Below are positions 8,708 through 19,300 of a DNA stretch of 64,000 nucleotides, one piece after another. Made by a program: the position numbers and the translations under genes. The DNA comes from an uncultured Chitinophaga sp. (GTDB taxonomy: Bacteria > Bacteroidota > Bacteroidia > UKL13-3), in the NCBI GenBank assembly GCA_964545895.1, contig CAZJHS010000002.1, positions 28,735 to 92,734 of the forward strand. Direction: 5' to 3'. How positions within the stretch are numbered: the stretch's first letter is position 1; every line of letters starts with the position of its first letter. The notes under the pieces were generated by a model. It was not told where the DNA came from. It saw nothing but the letters and a program-made list of their open reading frames with translations, and made no database searches.

Positions 8708-9796
8708 ATGCAAACCATTTTTGCGCTAAACCAAGCATATAGCTTTGCCGATGTAAAGGCAGGTAATTTTCATTTTAGTGATGAGTACTTTCAGCACACT
8801 TTTAACTTTTGTAAAAAATGGCTGAATGGCACTAGCCACTTTACATTTAATACATCGGGTAGTACAGGTTCGCCTAAAATTTTTGATGCACAACGCCATC
8901 AAATGTTAGCAAGTGCACAAGGTACCATTGCTGCTTTAGGTTTAACTGCTGATGAGCATATTTTACTTTGTATTAGCACCAAAATGATTGGTGGTGCAAT
9001 GATGTTAGTTAGGGCATTAGAGTTAGGTTGCGATTTAACCATAGTAAACCCAAACTCAAACCCGCTTGAAAACTGCGAGGTTAATCATCACTTTACCTTA
9101 GCATCGTTTGTACCCATGCAGGTATACGAAATACAAAACGATAGTTTACTGGCACAAAAACTACAAGGATTTAAAAATATACTTTTGGGTGGTGCGCCTG
9201 CTTGTAGCGGTACATTAACCTCGTTTGGCCAGCTAAGCAATAATGTTTGGCAAACCTATGGCATGACCGAAACCCTTAGCCACATTGCACTTAAAAAGGT
9301 AGGTAGAGATAATTACTACACCACTTTGCCTGGTGTAAAAATTAAAATAGACGACCATGATTGCCTTTGTATTGAGGCCGAGGTAACCGATAACCAATGG
9401 CTAATTACCAACGATGTAATTAACCTAATTGATGATACCCATTTTGAATTGCGTGGCAGAATTGATGACGTGATAAATAGCGGTGGTATTAAAATTTTTA
9501 GTTATGATGTGGAGCATGCCATTATGGAAAAATTTGCTGCACTTGAAATGCCTCCCAAGCCTTTATTTGTGTGCAGGCAACCCGATGATAAATACGGAGA
9601 AACCGTTGTGGTAATTATGCTAGGCGAGCCCTTGGATGATGCCATTATTGCACAGCTTATACAACACTGTAAAGACACCTTGGGTAAATACGCTGCACCT
9701 AAACACTTTTACTTTGTAAACGAATTTGAGAAGCTTGAAAGTGGTAAATTGGATAAAAAAAACACCCTTAATAAGATTATAAATCAACATAACTAA
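8708..9796 (+). CDS. AMP-binding enzyme (acyl-/O-succinylbenzoate-CoA ligase-like, short form)
   Basis: Adenylation motifs TSGSTGSPK, YGMTET, GRIDDVINSGGIKI and a C-terminal GKLDKK. Confidence 0.75.
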   Translation: MQTIFALNQAYSFADVKAGNFHFSDEYFQHTFNFCKKWLNGTSHFTFNTSGSTGSPKIFDAQRHQMLASAQGTIAALGLTADEHILLCISTKMIGGAMMLVRALELGCDLTIVNPNSNPLENCEVNHHFTLASFVPMQVYEIQNDSLLAQKLQGFKNILLGGAPACSGTLTSFGQLSNNVWQTYGMTETLSHIALKKVGRDNYYTTLPGVKIKIDDHDCLCIEAEVTDNQWLITNDVINLIDDTHFELRGRIDDVINSGGIKIFSYDVEHAIMEKFAALEMPPKPLFVCRQPDDKYGETVVVIMLGEPLDDAIIAQLIQHCKDTLGKYAAPKHFYFVNEFEKLESGKLDKKNTLNKIINQHN

Positions 9797-9888
9797 TTGA
9801 TTAATAAATAAATTAGGCTTTACTTAAAATTAACTTTTTTTAAAAGCAGAGTTTTTTATATTCGCATTAAATATAAAATATAAATACT

Positions 9889-10110
9889 ATGTACTGGACA
9901 TTAGAATTAGCCTCATACCTTGACGATGCGCCATGGCCGGCCACTAAAGATGAATTGATTGACTACGCTATTCGTAGCGGAGCACCACTTGAAGTAATTG
10001 AAAACTTACAAGAAATGGAAGATGATGGTGAACCTTTTGAAAGTATTGAAGAGGTTTGGCCTGATTATCCAACCAACGAAGATTACTTTTATAACGAAGA
10101 CGAGCTTTAA
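9889..10110 (+). CDS. Small acidic DUF2795-like protein
   Basis: The pattern WPATKDELIDYAIRSGAPLEVIENL matches my memory of the DUF2795 family. Confidence 0.55.
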   Translation: MYWTLELASYLDDAPWPATKDELIDYAIRSGAPLEVIENLQEMEDDGEPFESIEEVWPDYPTNEDYFYNEDEL

Positions 10111-10243
10111 ACCCAAATTAATCAATAGAAGTATTCTACTTGATTTAGTTGGGTTTACCCCGATTAGCATTTGTTCAGCAATTTGTAAAAATTGATGATT
10201 ACAAATTCTTTATCGATTGAGTATTTAATACTGAATAACGGGT

Positions 10244-10283
10244 AAAAAAAGGGGTTATCAATTACTTGATAACCCCTTTTTTT
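10244..10283. terminator. Bidirectional intrinsic terminator between convergent genes
   Basis: A7 run, then GGGGTTATCAA(10251-10261), TTAC loop, TTGATAACCCC(10266-10276), then a T7 run. Confidence 0.7.
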
Positions 10284-10305
10284 ATGGTACTTAAAATAAC
10301 TGCAA

Positions 10306-11475
10306 TTATTCTTCCATGCCTTCAGTATCATCGGCCACAAACGGACTTTGATATTGAGATAGGAAGCTATTTTTACTTTCGGCTACATTAACCGCATAGC
10401 GTAATCCGGCACCTTTACCAATTACTTTTACCAAATTAAGTTCAAGCAAAGTAGCAAAATCGCGTTGTATGGTTTTACGGTTACAATCAAACTCGGTTAC
10501 CAACTCCTTGGTGCTAATAAATCCTTTGTGTTGAATGATGTACATGATTAACTTTTGGCGTTGATTTAATACCGCATCATCAAACTCTTTTAATCTATAA
10601 CCACGCTCAAACACGTAGTTCATAATATTTTTCTGACGAGGATTTAATTTATCAAACTCAACCTGTTGGCGGAAATAAGAACGTAAAAGTGTGCGCGTTC
10701 TATCCAGCTGATTGGTATACATCATCATCCCAAAATCAAGCATCTGCTGATCGGTTGCTGCAATTTTTTCTACATCGCGGGTTTCGCCCAAAAACACTTG
10801 ATAATCGGCCTTGCTTAGGTAAAGCTCATGCTCTATACTAAACAATCCTTGCATGTTTACCTCTTGCTTAGTTAACCAAAAATTTTGCATTAAGCTGGCT
10901 ATTTTTGATTTGGCTTCGCTAAATAAACGCAGTTGTAAAAGTTTAAAATGCAATACCCAACTTTTTACCACAGCATGATGCTCGGTATCGTGGTTCATGT
11001 ACTCAAACAAACTTTCTAGTTCAAGTTCGGTTGAAGCCGTTAAGCGCTCGGGAGCACGGGTAGCATTTACAGTAAACAAGTTCACATCATCGCGGTTGTT
11101 ATATAAATCTAACACCAAAATTTTATGCAGCTGATACAACATACCAACATTAATTGGCTGATCAAGCTGTGTATTTAACCACTCTTCTGCCTTAATGTAT
11201 TGCTCAATGCCACGCTCGTTAAATGCCTTAGGTTTTATCTTACCCTCTACAATATACTTAACAGTTTTTATGTCAATTAAGTTATGGTCGATGGCGTTAG
11301 CATAATACGTGCGTAAAATAGCGCTATTGGTTTGCTCTATCTGTTTAAGATGTTCGGGCAAATCAATAAAATCATATATTTTAAGCAATTCGGCATAGTG
11401 ATGAAAGCAATCGTAGTGATTACTTTCTATAGCTATTGCTGGTTCAAGTTTATTTACCAATATCATACACCTCAA
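10306..11475 (-). CDS. Fic-family-like protein with C-terminal winged-helix domain; catalytic motif not recognisable
   Basis: The C-terminal STKELVTEFDCNRKTIQRDFATLLELNLVKVIGKGAGLRYAV is a typical wHTH tail of Bacteroidota Fic proteins. Where HPFx(D/E)GNGR is expected, the sequence reads HFKLLQLRLFSEAKSKIA. Confidence 0.4.
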   Translation of the reverse strand: MRCMILVNKLEPAIAIESNHYDCFHHYAELLKIYDFIDLPEHLKQIEQTNSAILRTYYANAIDHNLIDIKTVKYIVEGKIKPKAFNERGIEQYIKAEEWLNTQLDQPINVGMLYQLHKILVLDLYNNRDDVNLFTVNATRAPERLTASTELELESLFEYMNHDTEHHAVVKSWVLHFKLLQLRLFSEAKSKIASLMQNFWLTKQEVNMQGLFSIEHELYLSKADYQVFLGETRDVEKIAATDQQMLDFGMMMYTNQLDRTRTLLRSYFRQQVEFDKLNPRQKNIMNYVFERGYRLKEFDDAVLNQRQKLIMYIIQHKGFISTKELVTEFDCNRKTIQRDFATLLELNLVKVIGKGAGLRYAVNVAESKNSFLSQYQSPFVADDTEGMEE

Positions 11476-11705
11476 AACTACAAGGCTTTGATATTGCTTT
11501 TTTGATACCCTACTTTTAAAACATAGTGGATATTGTAGTTTAGCTTAGCTATTACAAACACAAAAACGTGTAAAGGCTTATCAATTGCGACATTAAGCGC
11601 TTCTTAAAAAATAGACACGCACAAAAAAACTGCGTGGATAATTGGTGCATAAACAATGCTTGACTGCTAACTATTGCGACAATAATTATACATCAAGCCT
11701 AAAAA

Positions 11706-12503
11706 TCACAACTTAAACAACACTGCTAATAGGCTGAAAATACTCATACAAACAGCAACAATAACCAGATAAATTTGCGCAATTTTTAAGCTTATTGCTT
11801 GCACGGTTTGCTTAATTTGTTTCGACCACCAAGTATAAAAAGCAGCAACAGGTGCAAAGCATAACAGCCAAATATAAAAGCCAAGCAAATGTTTGGTACT
11901 AAAGAAAAACAACAACATAAATACGTTGCCAATTATCATCATGGTGGTACTTAAAATAAGTACACGTTTAGGACTAAACACTACGGCAATGGTAATATCA
12001 CCTTGCTCGGCATCGGCTGGTGCTGTATGCAATTGCAACATTGGAATAATTGCTCCTACCATAAAAGCTACTGCTTGTATAGCTAAAAAATTAGGCGATA
12101 ATTCGGCACCAGGCATTACATAAATACCAATGGCAAAAACCAAAGGACCACACAAAAAAATATTTAGCAAATAGGCTACAAAACTTAACTTTTTAAATCG
12201 GGTTGATGGATGAAAGTAAAGCACATAAAACAAAACAAATAATGTAGCCAACAGTGCACTTTTAATGGATACAACGCTTAATAAACCAACTCCAATTAAG
12301 CTAATTAAAACAGGCACGCTATTAAACTCTTTAAACTGAGCAGCCATAAAAACACCCGCAAAAATAAAGGCATGTAATGCCAGCAACAATACAATTACTG
12401 CTTGTAAAGATACTCCGCTTAATCTGCTTAAAGCAAACACCGAAACAGGCAGCATAACTAAGCCATACTTTACTGCATTAAAATAATTTTTTGCACTTAT
12501 CAT
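11706..12503 (-). CDS. Polytopic integral membrane protein, function unknown
   Basis: 265 aa, about 8 hydrophobic helices, no diagnostic motif recognised. Confidence 0.55.
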   Translation of the reverse strand: MISAKNYFNAVKYGLVMLPVSVFALSRLSGVSLQAVIVLLLALHAFIFAGVFMAAQFKEFNSVPVLISLIGVGLLSVVSIKSALLATLFVLFYVLYFHPSTRFKKLSFVAYLLNIFLCGPLVFAIGIYVMPGAELSPNFLAIQAVAFMVGAIIPMLQLHTAPADAEQGDITIAVVFSPKRVLILSTTMMIIGNVFMLLFFFSTKHLLGFYIWLLCFAPVAAFYTWWSKQIKQTVQAISLKIAQIYLVIVAVCMSIFSLLAVLFKL

Positions 12504-12662
12504 GTTGCAAAGAAAAGCGATAAACCATATTTAAGAAAATTTTATTAATCAATGCGAATGCCTGATTTTTAAGGTACTTAACGGTACATAGTCTTTTACA
12601 GTAAATGAATAACAAGGCATATTCCATCACACTATATGGCTTAATACGGTTTTTAAATAAAT

Positions 12663-13388
12663 TTGTTAAAAAGCAACTGTATGGAAAAGCCACATTTACT
12701 TATTGTAGAAGACGAAATAACTTTAGGAACTCTTTTAAAAGAAAATTTAAAAGCTAAAGGCTTTACTGTTAAACTGTGTAAAGATGGTGAAGAAGGTTGG
12801 CAAACATTTAAAACCGAACGTTTTGATTTATGCATTTTAGATGTGAACATGCCTAAAATGGATGGATTTGAATTGGCCAAAAACATACGCGAGAAAAATG
12901 ATGTAGTGCCTGTTATTTTTTTAACAGCCAACTCTTCGCAAGAAGATAAAATAAAAGGATTTGATTTTGGTGCTGACGAATACATTACCAAGCCCTTTAA
13001 TTTAGACGAGCTAGTGGCCCGCATGAAAGCCATTTTAAAACGCACCCAATACGCGCCACAACAAGTTGCCGCAACCGAGGAGAGTTACACCATTAGTACT
13101 ATTGTGTTAGATTTTACCAATCATAAACTATTGGTTAATGGCGAAGAAAAACGCATTAGCACAACCGAAGCGCAATTGCTAAAATTGTTTATTACCAACA
13201 AAAACAACTTGCTAACCCGCAATGCCATTTTACTTAATGTGTGGGGCCGCGATGATTACTATACCGCGCGTAATTTAGATGTATACATTAACAAGCTTAG
13301 AAAACTTATTAAAGCAGACGAAACCATAGAAATAGTGAATATTCACGGTTCTGGGTTTAAATTAGCAGAAAAAAATACTCCTGCTTAA
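12663..13388 (+). CDS. OmpR-family response regulator (REC + winged helix)
   Basis: LLIVEDE...DLCILDVNMPKMDG...TKPF receiver motifs and a C-terminal trans_reg_C-like domain. The true start may be the internal MEKPHLL. Confidence 0.9.
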   Translation: MLKSNCMEKPHLLIVEDEITLGTLLKENLKAKGFTVKLCKDGEEGWQTFKTERFDLCILDVNMPKMDGFELAKNIREKNDVVPVIFLTANSSQEDKIKGFDFGADEYITKPFNLDELVARMKAILKRTQYAPQQVAATEESYTISTIVLDFTNHKLLVNGEEKRISTTEAQLLKLFITNKNNLLTRNAILLNVWGRDDYYTARNLDVYINKLRKLIKADETIEIVNIHGSGFKLAEKNTPA

Positions 13389-13391
13389 CCC

Positions 13392-15425
13392 GTGTTAAAA
13401 AAATATTTAGTTGGCATATTGTTGCTGTTTAGTTTTTGTGCAATTGCGCAACAACAGCAAATAGACAGTTTAACTGTTTTATACGATAATGCGCCCGAAA
13501 ATAAGCAACACGAACTTGGCATGCGCATAGCCAATTTGTATGCCAATGCCAACCCCAATAAGGCTATTGATTGGGCCTTACTCTCTATAAATAATACGCA
13601 CAGCAGCTTACAAGAGGCTCAAACAAAACAATTCTTAGGGTATCTTTATTTCAGAATTGGCAACCTAAACAAATCAATTGAGGCATACCGCCAAGCTTTA
13701 CAAATTAGCAACGATATAGGAAACGAACCCTTTAAAGCACAAGTGCAAAGTGCATTGGGTGGCACCTACTTTTTAGCGGGTAACCTTTCCGAATCGGCCA
13801 GTAACTATCTGCAAGCACTTCGTTTTTTTGAAGCCCAACAAGATAAAAATAGCATGGTTAGTGTATACATTGGCCTAGCTAACATTTACAATAAGCAAAA
13901 CAATTTTGCACAAGCTATTGAGTACAATTTAAAGGCTATCAATATTTATGAGGCCTCGAGTAATAAATTTAAAATCTTAATTGGATACGACCAAGTTGGT
14001 AATTTATACCAAAAACAAGGTAACTACGCCAAGGCTAACGAGTACTTACAACGAGCGCTAAAACTATATGTGGAGTTAAATAATTTAGCCGGTCAATCAT
14101 CTTTACTGCTACAAATAGGCTCCAATCAATTTGCAGCAAAACAATACAGCAAAGCGGTTGATAGTTATAATCAGTCTATAAAACTTTCAAAAAAACTAAA
14201 CATGTTGCCTGTGCAGGCGGCCGCTTGCAATGGGTTAGCCCTAAGTTATGCCGAGCTTAAACTTTATGACAAGGCCATTGTAGCCGGACTTGAAGCTCAG
14301 CAAATTGCACAAAAAGCAAGCTTAAAAATAGAATTGGAACAGGCGTATGAAACGTTATCAAAACTTTATAAAACTACCGAAAAACACGATAAAGCAACCA
14401 CTTTCGAAAACTTAAGTAAAGAGATTAAAGACTCGCTTTATAACGATAGCACGCTAAAACAACTGGCCGATTTACAGCTTAGGTTTGATGGAGAAAAAAA
14501 CAAGCGTAAAATTGAACTTCAAACCAAAGAGCAACAAGTATTAGCCTCGGAGTTATTGCGCGAAAAGCAAGTAAGAAATAGCATTGTTATTATACTTTTT
14601 GTTGTATTGCTTGGCTTAGCAGGCTTGGGCATTCTGTATATTCAAAATAAAAAAATAGCCAAAAACTTAAAACTACAAAAAATTGAATTGGAAGCTACTT
14701 CGGCTGCTATTTTAAAACAGAAAGAAGAACTTGGTCAGTTAAACAATGTAAAGGATCGCTTTTTCTCTATCATTTCGCATGATTTAAGAAATAACCTAAC
14801 CACCATGAAACTGTATTTTGATTTGGTTTCGAACCCCGATTACGAACCAAGCGAAGACATGGAGGATATGACTAAACAAATATCATCATCTGTTGAAAAT
14901 ACGATTGACCTGTTAGAGAATTTATTGGTATGGGCACAAGCACAAATAAAGGGTGTTGATATCAACCCACAAAAACTTACCCTACAGCATTTAATTAAAG
15001 GAAATATTGACTTATTGGCCGGAAATGCGCACACCAAAAACATTGAATTAAGTAGTGATATAAGTGCAGATTTGTGTGCATTTGCCGATGAAGACATGAT
15101 TAATTTGGTGATTAGAAACTTAATTTCGAACGCTATTAAATTTACACCCAAAGGCGGAAGTATTCGCATAACTGCGCATAACAACAACAACACGGTACAA
15201 ATTAACATTACCGATACTGGAGTTGGTATTAGTAAAGCTAACTTAGAAAAGCTATTTGTAAAAAACAGCAATCCTACCACATTAGGCACAGCCAACGAGA
15301 AAGGAACCGGACTTGGCTTATTACTTTGTAAGGAATTTATAGAAAAAAATAATGGCTCAATAAGCGTTTCGAGTCAGCCAGAAAAAGGCAGCACATTTAC
15401 CATAATTTTACCAACTTGCGCATGA
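13392..15425 (+). CDS. TPR-repeat sensor histidine kinase
   Basis: N-terminal signal, multiple TPR units, a coiled coil and one TM segment (IVIILFVVLLGLAGLGILYI). H-box FFSIISHDLRNNL, N-box NLISNAIKFT and G-boxes DTGVGI / GTGLGL. GTG start 4 nt after the regulator stop. Confidence 0.85.
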   Translation: MLKKYLVGILLLFSFCAIAQQQQIDSLTVLYDNAPENKQHELGMRIANLYANANPNKAIDWALLSINNTHSSLQEAQTKQFLGYLYFRIGNLNKSIEAYRQALQISNDIGNEPFKAQVQSALGGTYFLAGNLSESASNYLQALRFFEAQQDKNSMVSVYIGLANIYNKQNNFAQAIEYNLKAINIYEASSNKFKILIGYDQVGNLYQKQGNYAKANEYLQRALKLYVELNNLAGQSSLLLQIGSNQFAAKQYSKAVDSYNQSIKLSKKLNMLPVQAAACNGLALSYAELKLYDKAIVAGLEAQQIAQKASLKIELEQAYETLSKLYKTTEKHDKATTFENLSKEIKDSLYNDSTLKQLADLQLRFDGEKNKRKIELQTKEQQVLASELLREKQVRNSIVIILFVVLLGLAGLGILYIQNKKIAKNLKLQKIELEATSAAILKQKEELGQLNNVKDRFFSIISHDLRNNLTTMKLYFDLVSNPDYEPSEDMEDMTKQISSSVENTIDLLENLLVWAQAQIKGVDINPQKLTLQHLIKGNIDLLAGNAHTKNIELSSDISADLCAFADEDMINLVIRNLISNAIKFTPKGGSIRITAHNNNNTVQINITDTGVGISKANLEKLFVKNSNPTTLGTANEKGTGLGLLLCKEFIEKNNGSISVSSQPEKGSTFTIILPTCA

Positions 15426-16327
15426 GTAAGTGGATTACTTTAGGCTGTTTAATTTTATTTTCGGTAGCCGTAAAAGCTCAAGATACGCTTGCACTGGCTA
15501 AGCAGCTTATTGAGCAACAAAAGCTAAACGAAGCGGTAGTTTTATTAGATGAATTTAACAACAATCACACAGATAGTACTGCACTAATTTTAAGTGGAGA
15601 AACCTACTACATGTTAAATTTTTATGAGGTAGCCGCAGCGCGTTACACCAACGTTATCCAGTTATACCCAACGCATTTTTATGCCTTAAAAAAAAGAGCC
15701 ATGAGTTACTATATGGCTTCGCTTTTTAAACAAGCACAACCCGATTGGGAAAGGGTATGCAAATTTCAACCTAACGATAAATATAACTGGTACTTTTTGG
15801 CTTTAGTAAACCAGCAATTGGTAAACGAATACGAGGCTATAAAATGTTGGTCGCAGGCCATAAAACAAGATTCGTTATTTGTTGATGCACTAACAGCCCG
15901 TGGCATTTTGTATTTAAAAACCAAGCAATACAAGTTTGCATTGGCTGATATTGATAGCGCTATTAAAATAACGCAGTTTAACGAAGTGTTATTTAGCCAC
16001 AGAGCATTGGCCTTGCTTGGCTTAAAAAGATACAAGGAAGCTGAAATGATGTATGAACGTTTGCTAAAGCAAAACGAAAAAAACTACCATGCATGGTTTG
16101 GCCTTGGCAATGTATACTTTGGGGCTACCAATTATAGCAAAGCACTTGATGCCTTTGATGTTTGTTTAGCGCTTAATCCAAATTTTGAAATTGGTTACTT
16201 TAAACGCGCATTAACGCGCCTTGAATTAAATCAAGACCAAAAGGCTTGCCCAGATTTATTAAAAGCACACGAGTTGGGCTACCCCGATGCACTTTTCTAC
16301 ATCAAAAAATATTGTGGTGTAAACTAA
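15416..16327 (+). CDS. TPR repeat protein (secreted)
   Basis: Signal peptide LILFSVAVKAQ followed by repeated TPR-like A/Y/L patterns. The probable ATG is at 15422. Confidence 0.75.
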   Translation: MRMSKWITLGCLILFSVAVKAQDTLALAKQLIEQQKLNEAVVLLDEFNNNHTDSTALILSGETYYMLNFYEVAAARYTNVIQLYPTHFYALKKRAMSYYMASLFKQAQPDWERVCKFQPNDKYNWYFLALVNQQLVNEYEAIKCWSQAIKQDSLFVDALTARGILYLKTKQYKFALADIDSAIKITQFNEVLFSHRALALLGLKRYKEAEMMYERLLKQNEKNYHAWFGLGNVYFGATNYSKALDAFDVCLALNPNFEIGYFKRALTRLELNQDQKACPDLLKAHELGYPDALFYIKKYCGVN

Positions 16328-16331
16328 ATAA

Positions 16332-16366
16332 AAAAGGCGCCCCAAACTTGCTTCGGGACGCCTTTT
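16332..16366. terminator. Bidirectional terminator between convergent genes
   Basis: AAAAGGCG(16332-16339) ... CGCCTTTT(16359-16366), with an inner CCCC/GGG pairing. Confidence 0.6.
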
Positions 16367-16370
16367 GCTG

Positions 16371-19300
16371 TTATTCGGTAACTACTATTTTCCTTACCGA
16401 TTCTGACTCATCATCAATCTTTACTTTAATAAAATACACCCCTGGCTCTAAATCTTTAACTGATAGTTTAAGCTTGTTAGCGTAATAAACTTCTTGCTTC
16501 ATACAACTCACCCCTAAATAATTTACCACCTCTAATTGTACTTTTTGTGCCAATGGAATAACGGGTAAATCTAAGTTTAAGAAATCTGATACAGGATTAG
16601 GCCATACATTTACTTGCTTATCCAAATGATTAGCATTTTCAATAGCCACTGTTTGAGATTGACTTGTAGCACCACTATAATCAACCTGCACAATGCGGTA
16701 ATATACAGTACCAAAGTTTTTGGTAAATACGCCAATATCAGTGTACGAGTATGTAGCAATTGCATGCAACGTTCCAGCACCTTCTATCTCGCCTACTTCA
16801 ACAAAATACTTACCATCAACCGAGCGTTGTACAATAAATTTGCTGTTGTTTAATTGTGAAGCAACTTGCCATTTTATTAAACCATTGCTTTGTGTTTGAA
16901 CCGCTTTTACCCACACCCAAGTTACTGGCACAGGTATAATATTTTGTTTTACAAAAACACCAGCATCAGCACCAATATCAACAGGACCAAAATTACTGCG
17001 TAATTGTCCATCAAAATCCGTTGAAACAAAAGTAACGCCCCCATTGCCTTCAACCTTTGTAGGTGTAATAGCACTTATGTGTAAATCAACTGCAGCAGCA
17101 TTACCGGTAGCATTTAAGTAAGGAATATTAGCACTATCGCTGTATTCGTCAAGGCTGGTAGCCACAAACCAATTTACCCTGTTGTTATAATCTGTTGAGC
17201 CAAGTTGAAACAATCTTCCATTGTTACCAGAAGCCAAAAGCAAGTTATAGTTTGACACAATATTGTTAGCCGTATTTAGGCCCATAGCATAATGTTTACC
17301 ACCCGATGTGGCATTGGTACGTAGGTTAGTAAAGATATTATTTTTCACCTCATCCAATCCATCGTTCGATTTTTTAAAGGCATACGTATTTACCAAACTT
17401 GTTCCGGCAACTGTACCACCTATGTACACCGTATTGTGATAGATATTAGCATCGTAGCTGGTAATTTTATTAATACCAATAATAACATTAGCAGTGGCAA
17501 CGCTTGCGCCTGTGTTATCAATACCAAGCCTTACCATGTTGTTGGTAGCATTAATAATTCCATCTTGCAAATAAATACCTGTAAGGCCCGAAGCCAGTGC
17601 AGTAGAATTAGTTTTAAAACTATGTACAAAATTGGCGTTTACATTAATAGCACTTCCGCTTGATGAAATTACATTTATACCTAATGCATTAACCGGAGAA
17701 GTTGTAGATAAAGTGCGTAACGTATGAATTACATTATTACTTATAGTTGCCGAACCTGAAGTAGTATTATAGTATAAACCCGTAACTGCAGTATTTCCGT
17801 TGCTTGATGGATTACCTGATGATGAATAGATATTGTTGATTTGATTACCCGAAATTAAAGCAGCCGAATTGCTGGTAATTTGAATTCCTGATGCAAAGTT
17901 TTGTAAAGAAGTAGAAGCTCCAGAGTTAACCACATTGGCTACTATGTTATCGGTTACCGTTAAGTTACCCAAACCTGTTCCGCCTACCTGAATTCCTACT
18001 GCACTTTGTGCATACGAGCTATTAGGTGAGGCAGCGCGTAAAGCATTTGTAAAATTGGTATTGCCCACTGTATTGCCACTAATTTCCATGTTGGTTGATG
18101 TAGTGCCTAAAATACCAACAACCGAACAAGGATAGCTTGAGTTTACTCCAACTGCAGTTATTCCTGAAATTAGGTTGTTTTTAATTTTAACAACACCATT
18201 ACCAATTGATTTAATACCACAAGCCACAGGCGTAGTTGTATTTAATTGTGATAGCACATAAATGGATGGCGTTGCTGATGTGGGGTCTCCAATTATATTA
18301 GGAACTGTATCGCCAACAAAGGCATTTCCGCCTTGTATGTATATACCAGTCCACGGGGTAGTTGATGAACCGGGCCAAAAGAAATTAGCAATTTTATTGC
18401 CTTGCACATTAATAGTTTGATTGGTAGTGCCGTAATAATAAATACCATAAAAATTACTCATGGTTGATGCGGGACCAATTTCAAACGTATTGCCTGTACA
18501 AGCAGTATCAGTACCACCAATGTAATTGTATTTTACATTGTGCGACCCACCTTGAAGATAGATGCCATAAAAACTGTAGCTGGTATAATTTGCATTAATA
18601 GGCGAAAAATTATAGATATGATTACCAATAATATTTACCCTGTTATTTGTAGTGCCATACAAGTATATTCCCATACTGGTTGAACCTCCACCACCAATAT
18701 TAAAAATTTTATTGTTGATGATACTATTATCTGTAACTACAAAATTATTGTAGGCATACATTCTAATTCCATAAGTAGCCATCACATTTGAATCTCCTAA
18801 CTCGCAATTTGAAATTACATTGTTATTAATAGAGGTTTGTGCGTATCCATAAATTTCGATAAACGAGTTAATGTTTGTAGCACCAAGAGCAGCTTTAACC
18901 TTTATGTAATTTACAGTACAATTAGATGATGCACCGTAAGTAGCATTAAAATAAATACCAGCCGAATAGTTAGAAGTACGTACGGTAAGCTCACTTGTTG
19001 TGCCCACTCCACCTGGTCTGCCATCAAGGGTAATTGATTTTGCTGAAGTGAATAAAAAAGTATTGATATAATTTAACGGAGGAAAAATTTCGATACCTGT
19101 TGCACCCGATGCAGGGCGAATAGTTAACGGAGCTGCTGCTGAAGTTCCTAACGTATCACTTAAGTAAATTGGAAACCTTTCGTTTGCTGGTGTGTAACCA
19201 TTTTGCAATTCAATAACCACGGCTCCACCTATTCCATAATTTTTAATCGAATCAAGTACAGATGTGATGGATGGTGCCATACTTGGAACCGTTATAACAC

